From Acidimicrobiales bacterium (GTDB taxonomy: Bacteria; Actinomycetota; Acidimicrobiia; Acidimicrobiales; SZUA-35), in assembly GCA_037969565.1 (NCBI GenBank), contig JBBKXQ010000103.1:107-64106 (forward strand): a DNA stretch of 64,000 nucleotides. The letters run 5' to 3'. The position numbers were made by a program, and so were the translations under genes. Below the pieces are notes generated by a model, which worked only from the letters and a program-made list of their open reading frames with translations, was not told the origin of the DNA and did no database searches. Below are positions 24,850 to 37,136 of this stretch, in pieces. Each line of letters begins with the position of its first letter. Position 1 is the first letter of the stretch.

Positions 24850-26763
24850 TCAGGGCAGCGGCGACAGCGCCACCACCGCCAGGGGTGGGAGATCGAGCTC
24901 CACGGCCTGGCCTTGCCCGTGGCCCCCGGGGCCTGACGCCTCCACTGCGCTCAGCTCGAACGCTCCGGAGCCTCCGTAGACCGGGCGATCGCTGTTGAGT
25001 ATGACCTCCCACGTTCCACTCGAGGGCACGCCGATGCGATAGCCAGGGCGAGGCACCGGCGTGAGATTGATCACGCAGAGCACTGGGCGATCGGTCTCGT
25101 CACCCTTCCGCATCCACGCCAACACCGAATTCTCGCCGTCGTCGAGCACGACCCATGCGAAGCCAGCCGGTTCCATCTCTCTGCGATGCATCGCAGGCTC
25201 CGCGGCATACATCAGGTTGAGGTCTCGCACCCATTCCTGGATCCCGGCGTGGGACGGAAGTTGGAGTTGATCCCAGGCCAGCGGGAGGTCGTGGTTCCAC
25301 TCCGGTCCCTGTCCGAACTCTTGCCCCATGAACAAGAGTTTCTTGCCCGGATTGAGCCATTGATTGCCGTACAGAACTCGCAGATTGGCGAACTGCTGCC
25401 ACTCGTCGCCGGGCATCTTGGCCAGGATCGAACCCTTGCCGTGTACGACCTCGTCGTGGCTCAGTGGAAGGACGTACTGCTCACTGAAGGCATAGATCGC
25501 CCGAAACGTGATTTCGCCATGGTGGTAGCGACGATGGATCGGATCGCGCTCGAGGTAAGCCAGCGTGTCGTGCATCCAGCCCATGTCCCACTTGTAGTGG
25601 AAGCCCAATCCACCCTCGTCGACGCGGCGGGTGACGCCGGGAAACGCGGTGGATTCCTCGGCGATGGTGATCGCGCCGGGATGTTCGGCCCCGATCGCCA
25701 CGTTGAGATCCCGCAAAAACTGGATGGCCTCCAGGTTTTCGCGACCGCCGTACTTGTTCGGGATCCACTCCCCTTCCTCTCGCGAGTAGTCGCGGTAAAG
25801 CATCGAGGCCACGGCATCAACCCGGATTCCGTCGATGTGGTAGCGCTCGATCCAATGAAGTGCGCTGCTGATCAGGAACGACCGAACCTCGTGGCGGCCG
25901 TAGTTGAAGATGTAGCTGTTCCAGTCGGGGTGCCACCCTTCCTGGGGATCGCCGTGCTCGTAGAGGTGCGACCCGTCGAAATTGCCAAGGGCAAAGTCGT
26001 CGGATGGAAAGTGGGATGGCACCCAATCGAGAATCACCCCGACACCCAACTGGTGGAGACGATCGACGAAACCCATGAACTCGGTGGGTGTGCCGTACCG
26101 GGCCGTTGGCGCGAAAAACCCTGTGCTCTGATAACCCCACGAGCCGTAGAAGGGGTGCTCCATGATCGGCAGCAGTTCCACGTGGGTGAAGCCGCACTTA
26201 GCCATGTGTTCGGCGAGGGGCTCCGCGAGCTCGGTCCAGCCGAGGCTTCGATGGGCATCGGCGTGACGCCAGGAACCCACGTGCATCTCGTAGATCGAGA
26301 TCGGTTTGTCGTGCCCTTGGATCGCCCCTCGCTCGGCCATCCACGATTCGTCGTTCCATTCGTGGTCGAGATCGGTGATCACCGAGGCCGTGCCGGGCGC
26401 CAACTCGGCAGCAAACGCGAGCGGATCGGCGCGCTCGACTTCATGCCCGGCTTCGGTTCTGATTCGGAACTTGTATCGATCGCCGATCGCAGCGTCGGGA
26501 ACGACGCCGGCCCAGATGCCGGAATGACCCTGGGGATGCAAGCGGTATGAATCGTCTTGATTCCAACCGGAGAAATCACCGACCACCCAGACATCCCTGG
26601 CTGCTGGAGCCCACACGGCAAATCGGCGACCAGGGGCTGACCACTCGGCGATCGGTTGAGCTCCGAGCACGTCGAAGAGTCGCCGGTGACCACCTTCGTT
26701 GAAAAGCCAACGGTCTCCCTCGAGGATCAACTCGCCGTCGTCGCTCTGTCCGGCGGTGGTCAT
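24850..26763 (-). CDS. glgB: 1,4-alpha-glucan branching enzyme
   Basis: 637 aa from ATG 26763, which overlaps the SDR stop as ATGA. GH13 motifs VILDWVPSHF, GIRVDAVASMLY, AEESTAFPG and LPLSHDEVVHGK. Confidence 0.92.
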   Translation of the reverse strand: MTTAGQSDDGELILEGDRWLFNEGGHRRLFDVLGAQPIAEWSAPGRRFAVWAPAARDVWVVGDFSGWNQDDSYRLHPQGHSGIWAGVVPDAAIGDRYKFRIRTEAGHEVERADPLAFAAELAPGTASVITDLDHEWNDESWMAERGAIQGHDKPISIYEMHVGSWRHADAHRSLGWTELAEPLAEHMAKCGFTHVELLPIMEHPFYGSWGYQSTGFFAPTARYGTPTEFMGFVDRLHQLGVGVILDWVPSHFPSDDFALGNFDGSHLYEHGDPQEGWHPDWNSYIFNYGRHEVRSFLISSALHWIERYHIDGIRVDAVASMLYRDYSREEGEWIPNKYGGRENLEAIQFLRDLNVAIGAEHPGAITIAEESTAFPGVTRRVDEGGLGFHYKWDMGWMHDTLAYLERDPIHRRYHHGEITFRAIYAFSEQYVLPLSHDEVVHGKGSILAKMPGDEWQQFANLRVLYGNQWLNPGKKLLFMGQEFGQGPEWNHDLPLAWDQLQLPSHAGIQEWVRDLNLMYAAEPAMHRREMEPAGFAWVVLDDGENSVLAWMRKGDETDRPVLCVINLTPVPRPGYRIGVPSSGTWEVILNSDRPVYGGSGAFELSAVEASGPGGHGQGQAVELDLPPLAVVALSPLP

Positions 26764-27650
26764 GAGTCGGTCGGCTGGCTGATGTCGAGCCCGAAGATCT
26801 CGGTGAAACGGCGTCGATATTCGACGTTGGATTCGATCCCGCCGAGCTCCACCCAGTCTTCGTCGGAGACGACACCGCGTTTGGCGGCGGTGAGTTCTTT
26901 GCCTCCCCAGCCACAAGACCAGCGAAGCTTCGGGTCACTGGTGGTGACCGCTTCGTAGATCGTGTCGGCAACCTCGGAGGGTTGACCCGGAGTCTGGAGG
27001 CCGTTTGCGTAGAAGTCGAAGAGTCGGGCGTAGTGGTTGCCGTAGGCGCCGGTCTCGTTCGGGGCGTCGACATTCTTCGCCATGATCGCGGTTTTGACGA
27101 TGCCCGGTTCGATGATCGCCACTCTGATCCCGAACGGAGCGAGTTCGTGAGCCAGTTCTTCGCTCATGCCCTCGGCGGCCCACTTCGACGCAACATAGGG
27201 AGCTTGACCAATTGCCGCGAACCGACCGATCACCGATGTGACGTTGACGATCGTGCCACTCCCCCGCTGACGCATCGACGGCAGAACGGCCTGGATGCAG
27301 CGCACGCAGCCATGGAGGTTGACATCCATCACCTCGGCGAACCGGGCGATGGAACATTCCTCGACGGTGGCGTTACCGCCGACACCGGCGTTGTTCACGA
27401 GCACATCGATGTGGCCGGCTTCGGCGAGGATCTGACGCATCGCAGCGTTCACCGAGTCGGTGTCGGTCACGTCGCAGACGACGGGATGCACGGTCACACC
27501 AGCGGCCTCGGCCAGCGTCGCGAGTTTCTCGCCCTTGTCGAGCGACCGCATCGTTCCGTAGACGGTCCACCCTCGGGCCGCGAGATCGATGGCCGCAGCC
27601 CGTCCGATTCCAGAGTTACTTCCCGTGACTACGGCAACCGTCTTCGTCAT
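26760..27650 (-). CDS. Short-chain dehydrogenase/reductase (SDR)
   Basis: Cofactor motif VTGSNSGIGRA, NNAG, and catalytic YVASKWAAEG. Confidence 0.9.
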   Translation of the reverse strand: MTKTVAVVTGSNSGIGRAAAIDLAARGWTVYGTMRSLDKGEKLATLAEAAGVTVHPVVCDVTDTDSVNAAMRQILAEAGHIDVLVNNAGVGGNATVEECSIARFAEVMDVNLHGCVRCIQAVLPSMRQRGSGTIVNVTSVIGRFAAIGQAPYVASKWAAEGMSEELAHELAPFGIRVAIIEPGIVKTAIMAKNVDAPNETGAYGNHYARLFDFYANGLQTPGQPSEVADTIYEAVTTSDPKLRWSCGWGGKELTAAKRGVVSDEDWVELGGIESNVEYRRRFTEIFGLDISQPTDS

Positions 27651-27674
27651 TGCCTGACCTTAGGCCGCACCTTC

Positions 27675-28538
27675 CTACTTTTTCTCGAGACGAGGAACAA
27701 TCTCCGAAGCGGCAAACTTCAGCTGCTGTGCGGCATCGTCGCCGTAGGGCACGAGGATCACCGAGTCGGCGCCGGCGTCAATCAACTGCTGCAACCCGTC
27801 GGCAACGACGGCGGGATCCGGATCGACGGCGCCCCATCCGTCGCTGTCCACGTCGGCCGGAGGAGGGCCGAGTTCGTCCAGGTCGCCGCAATAGAAGCCG
27901 GCGAACACGGTCAACCGGTGATGGTCGGTTCGGCCCGCATCGGATCGGCCGTCGTTGATGAATCCGAGGGCGGCTCGTATGTCGTCCGGACCACGGCCTT
28001 CAGGCAGGATCGTTCCGTCGGCAACAGCGCCTGACAACCGCAGCGACTTGGGCCCAGCGACGCCCGCCGACACCGGCGGTATCTGTAGCGGCGGCCAATG
28101 AAGCGCCACCTTGTCGAGCGCGACGTAATCGCCATGAACCGTGACCGTGGCGCCTGCGAGGAGTTGGCGGATGGCACCGATCGTCTCTGACAGGAGCGTC
28201 AGGGGCGAGTCGACGCGTTCGCCGATCTCCGCCATCCAATGCTGCAGCCCGTGGCCCACGCCGGCGGCGATCCGACCCGGATAGAGCTCGGCGAGTGTGG
28301 CCCACTCCATGGCGAGCGCAGCGGCATTCCGAAATGGGGCGGGGGCGATGCCATGACCAACGATGACGTGGTCCGTTGCCTCGAGGACAGCCCCCATCTG
28401 GCTGATGCCGCCGGCCCATCGAAGATCTTCGACTACCCACAGTTCATCGAATCCCTGCTCGATGATCTGGGCGTGAGCCGCTACTGCTCCGGGCGGGACG
28501 TCTCTCCGAATCATTGCTCCGATACGCGTCATCGACAC
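27675..28538 (-). CDS. Luciferase-like monooxygenase family (LLM class, probably F420-dependent) oxidoreductase
   Basis: 287 aa with an LLM-like layout (GFDELWVVEDL..., GRIAAGVGHG, TVFAGFYCG). The cofactor assignment is inference. Confidence 0.65.
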   Translation of the reverse strand: MSMTRIGAMIRRDVPPGAVAAHAQIIEQGFDELWVVEDLRWAGGISQMGAVLEATDHVIVGHGIAPAPFRNAAALAMEWATLAELYPGRIAAGVGHGLQHWMAEIGERVDSPLTLLSETIGAIRQLLAGATVTVHGDYVALDKVALHWPPLQIPPVSAGVAGPKSLRLSGAVADGTILPEGRGPDDIRAALGFINDGRSDAGRTDHHRLTVFAGFYCGDLDELGPPPADVDSDGWGAVDPDPAVVADGLQQLIDAGADSVILVPYGDDAAQQLKFAASEIVPRLEKK

Positions 28539-28660
28539 AGTATGGATCGTCGACTGGGGGTCCGCAGGCGCTCCGAATCCGAACCCACCGCTGGACCGAG
28601 CAACCGGAGGCAGATCTCGTCGTCGTCGGCTTTCCGTCCGGGCCGAGCCAGACTGGTCCG

Positions 28661-29791
28661 ATGCGGATTGGTCCGATCGAGTTGAGCTCGCCCGTGGTGT
28701 TGGCCCCCATGGCCGGCGTCACCAATGCTCCCTTCCGTCGGCTCTGCCGGCGATTTGGCGGCGGTCTGTACGTCAGCGAGATGATCTCCGCTCGGGCTCT
28801 GGTCGAGGGTTCCGACAAAACAGAGCGGCTGGCCAGCTTCGATGCCGATGAGTCACCACGCTCCCTACAACTCGCTGGTGTCGACCCGTTCTACATGGGC
28901 GAGGCCGTCCGCTACCTCGTCGGTGAAGGTCGAGTCGACCACATCGACATCAACTTCGGATGTCCTGTTCGCAAGGTGACCAAGAATGGCGGGGGCGGCG
29001 CCCTCCCCTACAAGCGCAAGCTCTTTGCCGCCGTCGTCGAGGCCGCCGTTGCAGCGGCAACGCCGGCCGGGGTGCCGGTCACGATCAAAATGCGAGTAGG
29101 CATCGACGACGACCACATCACCTATCTCGACGCTGGTCGAATTGGCGCCGATCTCGGAGTAGCCGCCGTGGCTCTTCATGGCCGAACCGTTTCCCAGCTC
29201 TACTCCGGCCACGCCGACTGGGACACGATCGCCAACCTGAAAGCCGTGATCGACGACACCGGCACCGGAATCCCGACCTTGGGCAATGGCGATATCTGGG
29301 ACGCACAAGACGCCGTTCGAATGATGGCCGAAACCGGCTGCGACGGCGTGGTGATCGGTCGCGGTTGTCTCGGTCGACCATGGCTATTCGGTCAGCTCGA
29401 AGCCGCGTTGCGGGGAGAGGCCCCGCCGGCTCACCCAACGACGCACGAGGTGATTCCGGTCATGCGAGAGCATGCCGGTCTTCTCGTTGCATGGATCGGC
29501 GACGAAGGGCGCGGTTGCCGCGAGTTCCGCAAGCACACCGCCTGGTACCTGAAGGGTTATCCCGTCGGTGGCGAGTTGCGGGGCAAGCTCGGCAACTTCA
29601 GCACTCTCGAGGAACTCGACCGACTCCTCAGCACGATCGAGGATCATGCACTACCAGAGGCCAACTGGCGTGTCGCCCGGGGTCACACCCGCGGCCCACA
29701 AAACGTCGCCTTACCCGACGGGTGGCTCGACGATCCGCACGACGGCGCGTTGGCAAATCCCGAGGGCGACTCCGCCGCCTCAGGAGGCTGA
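28661..29791 (+). CDS. dus: tRNA-dihydrouridine synthase
   Basis: Start at ATG 28661. LAPMAGVTNAPFRRLC, DINFGCPVRKV and ALHGRT are Dus-family motifs. Confidence 0.9.
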   Translation: MRIGPIELSSPVVLAPMAGVTNAPFRRLCRRFGGGLYVSEMISARALVEGSDKTERLASFDADESPRSLQLAGVDPFYMGEAVRYLVGEGRVDHIDINFGCPVRKVTKNGGGGALPYKRKLFAAVVEAAVAAATPAGVPVTIKMRVGIDDDHITYLDAGRIGADLGVAAVALHGRTVSQLYSGHADWDTIANLKAVIDDTGTGIPTLGNGDIWDAQDAVRMMAETGCDGVVIGRGCLGRPWLFGQLEAALRGEAPPAHPTTHEVIPVMREHAGLLVAWIGDEGRGCREFRKHTAWYLKGYPVGGELRGKLGNFSTLEELDRLLSTIEDHALPEANWRVARGHTRGPQNVALPDGWLDDPHDGALANPEGDSAASGG

Positions 29792-29825
29792 GCGGTCGTC
29801 GTTCTTCGCCTGAGGGGCGGAGGGC

Positions 29826-30416
29826 TCAGGGGTTCGCTGGCTCCGTTGGTCGACGTGTACCCACTCGGCGCTGTGCGAAGGTCTTCGACCAATCCTGTGC
29901 TTTGCGTCGATCAGCGGCCATCCGCCGATTGATTCCGAATTCGGTGGGGTCGTCCAGCCATTCGCTGAGCGCATCGAGGCCGTACCAGACCCCATCGAGA
30001 TCGCCGTTGGCCACTGCGGCCGAGACGTTCGGCCGTTGGGCCAGTTCGAACAGGTCGCCGTTGCTCGTGATGATCACCCGAGCGAGCGGCAGATCGGCAG
30101 CCAGGCCGGCAAGGACATCGCGTCCGCGCGTTCCCGGTGACTCGTCAACGAGGATCAGCGCGTGGGCTTCGCAGTGTTTCGCGACATCGACGGCTTGCAC
30201 TGCGTTGGTCACGGCGGCCAGGGCGTCGAACGAGGGGTGATTGGCGACGACTTCCTGCAGTCGGCCCCGCAGGAACGGATCGTTGGCCCCGATGACGATG
30301 GAATATGGGGCTGACACTTCGTCCATTCGCTGCTCCCTGAGAAGGTCCGCCGCCTCGTTCCCTCCAGCACGAGTCGGCGTGCGAAGAGTGTGGTCCACCG
30401 GCGTTGCCTGGAACAT
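29826..30416 (-). CDS. Stand-alone receiver-like (CheY-fold) protein, degenerate, with a basic C-terminal tail
   Basis: The pattern SIVIGANDP...ALILVDES...RVIITSNG resembles REC beta1/beta3/beta4, but the beta5 Lys is not evident. The start is ambiguous (30416 or ATG 30326). Confidence 0.4.
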   Translation of the reverse strand: MFQATPVDHTLRTPTRAGGNEAADLLREQRMDEVSAPYSIVIGANDPFLRGRLQEVVANHPSFDALAAVTNAVQAVDVAKHCEAHALILVDESPGTRGRDVLAGLAADLPLARVIITSNGDLFELAQRPNVSAAVANGDLDGVWYGLDALSEWLDDPTEFGINRRMAADRRKAQDWSKTFAQRRVGTRRPTEPANP

Positions 30417-30501
30417 GGGCCATCAAGCCCGACTCGAGTGGGTATTCGGCCTCAGTGAGCGCAACCGCGAGGTGCCGTGCCGCTCTCGGGAACTATGGCC
30501 G

Positions 30502-32082
30502 TCAAGGCCGCAGCAGTGTGAGGGTGGCCGCGGCATTGTCGAGGAAACCTCCACCCAGATCGGGGAAGATCCCGAACACGACCGTGACGACCACGCTGAT
30601 CACGAGAACGGTGAGCGCCGCCGGAGGAATGTCGATCGGCCCGTAAGCCGGACCCGAATCAGCGTCGGAGTCAGTGTCGGCCGGCTCGGAGAAGACCATT
30701 GCGACGACGACGCGGAGGTAGAGGTATGCACCGACCACACTGGCAAGCATCGCAACCGCAGCCAGCCAGTAGTCGTCATCGGAAGCGGCCGCAGCAATGA
30801 TTCTGAACTTGGCGAAGAAGCCCGAAGTGAAGGGCACACCGGCCTGCGCAAACAGCAGCACGGCGAACAGGCCGGCCAGAAGGGGTTCGGATTTGGCCAG
30901 GCCCCGGTAGGAGTCGACGTCGTGCGAACCATCGCCGACTCTTCCCATCACCGTGATCACGGCGAAGGTGCCGATGATCATGGCGGCGTACGTGAACAGG
31001 TAGAAGAGGATGGACTTGCTGCCGAGAATGTCGGTGCCCTCATCGAGGGCGGCACTGTGCAATCCGACGAGCATGAACCCGGCGTGGGTGATCGACGAAT
31101 AGGCCATCATTCGCTTGATCTCGCTCTGAACGACGGCGAGGAAAGAGCCGACGACGAGCGACATCACCGCAAGCGCCGCCACGATCGGCAGCCATTCGTT
31201 GCTCAGGTCGCCGAACGCATACAGGAAGACACGAAGGAACCCGCCGAAGGCTGCGACCTTGACGGCCGACGCCATGAACGCGACGACCGGCGAAGGAGCG
31301 CCTTGGTAGACATCTGGCGTCCAGACGTGGAAGGGCACAGCCGAGACCTTGAAGGCGAACCCGACGAGAAGAAACCCGATACCGACCAGGAGCAATGAAG
31401 AACTCTCGGCCGGTACTTGGCCGTTGACACCGGGCTGGAAGAGGGAGCGATTGATGCCATTCAGGGTGGTCGAGCCTGTGGCTCCGTAGACCAGTGCGAT
31501 CCCGTAGAGGAAGATCGCCGACGACAACGCGCCCAGAACGAAGTACTTGAAACCGGCCTCCTGCGATTGGCTACGACGGAGATGCAACGCGGCGAGTACA
31601 TAAACGGCAATCGAGAGAATCTCGAGGCCGACGAACGAAACGATCAGGTCCTCGGCCGAGGCCAAGAGCACGCCGCCGGACGCCGACAGCAGGATCAGGG
31701 CATACCATTCCGGCCCTTCGAGGCCCTCCCGACGTAAGTAGTCGTCGAGAAGGAAGGCCACGAGAACCACCGAACAACAGATGATGCCGGTGATGAAGAT
31801 CGTGAAGTTGTCGACGACGATGGCGTTCGAGAGAACGTAGAACTCCCGTCGCCCGCCGATCGCCCCCTGTTCATTGACCCGGTCGGCGATCCATGGAAGG
31901 AACCCGGCGGCGATGATCGCTGACACGGCGGTGAAGGTGGCGGAGAACGCACCCGTCCGGGTACGCGGTATCAGCGATGTGATGGTGATGAGCAGCACAC
32001 CGGCGAGGGAGAGAATCACGAAAGGCCAAATCAACGACCACTCGATGTCGGGAGTTTGCACCTGTGCGAACTGGAGGGTCAT
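30502..32082 (-). CDS. nuoN: NADH-quinone oxidoreductase subunit N (14-gene operon)
   Basis: 526-aa antiporter-like protein with SQEAGFKYFVLGALSSAIFLYG. Terminal gene of the array. Confidence 0.93.
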   Translation of the reverse strand: MTLQFAQVQTPDIEWSLIWPFVILSLAGVLLITITSLIPRTRTGAFSATFTAVSAIIAAGFLPWIADRVNEQGAIGGRREFYVLSNAIVVDNFTIFITGIICCSVVLVAFLLDDYLRREGLEGPEWYALILLSASGGVLLASAEDLIVSFVGLEILSIAVYVLAALHLRRSQSQEAGFKYFVLGALSSAIFLYGIALVYGATGSTTLNGINRSLFQPGVNGQVPAESSSLLLVGIGFLLVGFAFKVSAVPFHVWTPDVYQGAPSPVVAFMASAVKVAAFGGFLRVFLYAFGDLSNEWLPIVAALAVMSLVVGSFLAVVQSEIKRMMAYSSITHAGFMLVGLHSAALDEGTDILGSKSILFYLFTYAAMIIGTFAVITVMGRVGDGSHDVDSYRGLAKSEPLLAGLFAVLLFAQAGVPFTSGFFAKFRIIAAAASDDDYWLAAVAMLASVVGAYLYLRVVVAMVFSEPADTDSDADSGPAYGPIDIPPAALTVLVISVVVTVVFGIFPDLGGGFLDNAAATLTLLRP

Positions 32083-33712
32083 TCGTCTGCTCCCTCGTTG
32101 CTCAGCACTGCATCTTCGCCGTTGCCCTCTTCGCCGTGCTCGAGGGCTTCGGTGAGTTGCTCGACCCCGGCGGGTTCGGCTGGAGCCTCCGGCTCACTCT
32201 CTACGACGCTCATGTGGACGAGGAGTTGGTCAACGGCCGGTTCGATCCGTTCGAGCACGGGCTTGGGATACACACCGAGGAACACGATCAACCCGAGCAA
32301 TGGAAGAATCGAGAGCATCTCGGAAACTCGAAGATCGGCCATCTTGGCATTCTCACCTTCGGCCTTTCCGTGGAAGACACGCTGGTAGGCCCAGAGAAGG
32401 TAGAGCGCAGCGAGGATCACCCCCGTGACGGCGACGACGGTCCACCAGCGAGCCGACTGGAACGCCCCGAGCAGAATCAGAAACTCTCCGGCGAATCCGT
32501 TCAGGCCAGGGAGCCCGATACTCGAGAGCATCACGAGCGTGAACACGCCGGCCATGATCGGCGCCGAACTCTGCAAGCCGCTTAGCTCGGAGATCTCACG
32601 GGTGTGCCGACGGTCGTAGATCCACCCGACGAGGATGAAGAGGGCACCGGTGGAAATTCCGTGGTTGACCATCTGCAAGACCGCGCCCTCGAGACCCTGC
32701 GGATTCAACGCAAAGATGCCGAGAACGATGAATCCCATGTGGGCCACCGAGGAGTAGGCGACTACTCGCTTGAGGTCCTTCTGCATGGTTGCCACGACGG
32801 CGCCGTAGACGATGCCGATCACCCCGAGCGTGAGGAAGACCCACGCCAGATCTTGGGCGGCCTGAGGGAAGAGGTAGAGCCCGAATCGGATGTATCCGTA
32901 GCTACCGAGTTTGAGCAGGACCCCGGCCAGGATCACCGACCCGGCGGTTGGTGCTTCGGTGTGCGCATCGGGAAGCCACGTGTGGAGGGGAAAGAGCGGG
33001 ACCTTCACGGCGAACCCCAGAGCGAAGCTGAGGAAGATGAGCGTTTGTGCCGTGCTGCCGATCGCAGGTGTGCCGTCGGGGAAGGTTGCTCCGGCCAGGC
33101 GGGTGACATCGAAGGTCAGTTCGCCGAGAGCATCGCGAGAGAGGAAGGCCGTTGACACGAGACCGACGAGCATGAGGGCCGAGCCCGCCATGGTGAAGAT
33201 GAAGAACTTCATGGCGGCGTAGACGCGGCGGCCGTGACCCCAGCCCCCGATCAGGAAATACATCGGCACGAGCACGATCTCGAAGAACAGGAAGAACAGC
33301 AGCAGATCGAGGGCCATGAACACGCCCATCGAGCCCGCCATCAAGACCGTGAGCCAGAAGTAATAGGGCTTCTTGTCGTGATCCGGTTCGGACGTGAGGA
33401 TCGCGATCGGAAAGAGCAGCCCGGTGAGAACGACGAGGAACAACGAGATTCCGTCGACGGCCAGGAACCACTGCAGGCCCAGGTCTTTGACCCATGTCTC
33501 CTGTACGACGAATTGGAATCCGCCGTCGGCCTTGTCGAACGACCAGAGGAGGTAGGCCGCCATGGCGCCGGTGATGGTGGTTCCTGCCAACGCAACCAGC
33601 TTGAGGTATTCAGCCCTGGACGACGGGAGGATCAGGATGAGCACCGCCGTCAAGAGCGGTACGAAGATGAGCGACGGCAGCAACGGCCACGCGATGGTTT
33701 CGGCGGCCAGCA

Positions 33713-33713
<1 letters not shown>
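32079..33713 (-). CDS. nuoM: NADH-quinone oxidoreductase subunit M (14-gene operon)
   Basis: Start at ATG 33713 (MLAAETIAWPLL...), sharing 1 nt with the nuoL stop. Contains WLPDAHTEAPTAGSVILAGVLLKLGSYG. The tracked 121-aa Arg-rich extension is rejected. Confidence 0.93.
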
Positions 33714-36079
<2,366 letters not shown>

Positions 36080-36081
36080 GT

Positions 36082-36387
36082 CTAGCCCCTCAATTCCGCA
36101 AAGTCGTCCGCAGTGGCTGCGGGCCGGCGGCGCAGCAATGCCACCACGATCGACAGTCCGACCACCACTTCGGCGGCGGCCACGACAAGAACGAAGAACA
36201 CGGCGGTCTGACCGGCCAAGTCACCGAGCGCGGTGGAAAAGGCCACGAAACTGAGATTCACGGCGTTGAGCATCAGCTCGACCGACATGAACATGACCAG
36301 CGGATTTCTTCTGGTGAGCAGTCCGAAGGCACCAATCGAAAAGAGCATTGCGCTCAACACGAGGTACCAGGTTTCTGTTACTTCCAT
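36082..36387 (-). CDS. nuoK: NADH-quinone oxidoreductase subunit K (14-gene operon)
   Basis: 101 aa: [28 protein letters not shown]... Confidence 0.93.
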   Translation of the reverse strand: MEVTETWYLVLSAMLFSIGAFGLLTRRNPLVMFMSVELMLNAVNLSFVAFSTALGDLAGQTAVFFVLVVAAAEVVVGLSIVVALLRRRPAATADDFAELRG

Positions 36388-36557
36388 GGGGCCTCACTCG
36401 ACAGGGACGGCGCGGGCAGGACTCGGACGCGGCCACACGACTGCAGCACGAGCGTTGTCGATGACAACCTCGGTGGGAATGACGTCGTGGAGATGAAAGC
36501 GGTTGGCACGGCCAATGGTTCCTGCGGGCAGTAGGCGGGTGGGACTAGAGCGATCGT

Positions 36558-37136
36558 TCAGCGAATCGAGGAGCCGGGATCATCGACCGCCAAGTCCTCG
36601 CCGCCCCGGTTACGTACGAGCACCACCGCACCAACAGTGGCGATCGTGAGCAACAAGGCGGTGGCTTCGAACGCCAGGATGTTACGTGTGAAGAGGTCAC
36701 GGGCCAACTGTTCGACGTCGGGTGTGTCGTCCATCGGAGTGACCGAGGCGGGTTGTCCGGTGAGGGCCACATTGCCCCGATCGTCGCCTGGCCCGGAGAG
36801 GAAAAGCCCGCCGAGTGCGAGAAGGAAGATGAGCCCGGCCCCGGCGGCCGCAAGTGCCCGTTGTCCGACCAATGGCTCGATCTGGGTGTTTTCGACCTCG
36901 TCAACGCCGAGCAGCATGATCACGAACAGGAACAAAACCACGATCGCACCGGCGTAGACGACCACCTGGACGAGAGCGAGGAAGTGGGCTTCCTGCAGAA
37001 TGAAGAGCAGGGCGACACCGAAGAACGAGGCGATCAGCGACAGTGCGGTGTGCACGGGATTGCCGAAGCTGATGACACCGAGTGCACCGCCGAGCACGAT
37101 CGCGGCAGCGATCACGAACACAACCACGTCGATCAT
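36558..37136 (-). CDS. nuoJ: NADH-quinone oxidoreductase subunit J (14-gene operon)
   Basis: 192 aa with VQVVVYAGAIVVLFLFVIMLLG. It is followed by an unusual 170-nt gap before nuoK. Confidence 0.88.
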   Translation of the reverse strand: MIDVVVFVIAAAIVLGGALGVISFGNPVHTALSLIASFFGVALLFILQEAHFLALVQVVVYAGAIVVLFLFVIMLLGVDEVENTQIEPLVGQRALAAAGAGLIFLLALGGLFLSGPGDDRGNVALTGQPASVTPMDDTPDVEQLARDLFTRNILAFEATALLLTIATVGAVVLVRNRGGEDLAVDDPGSSIR

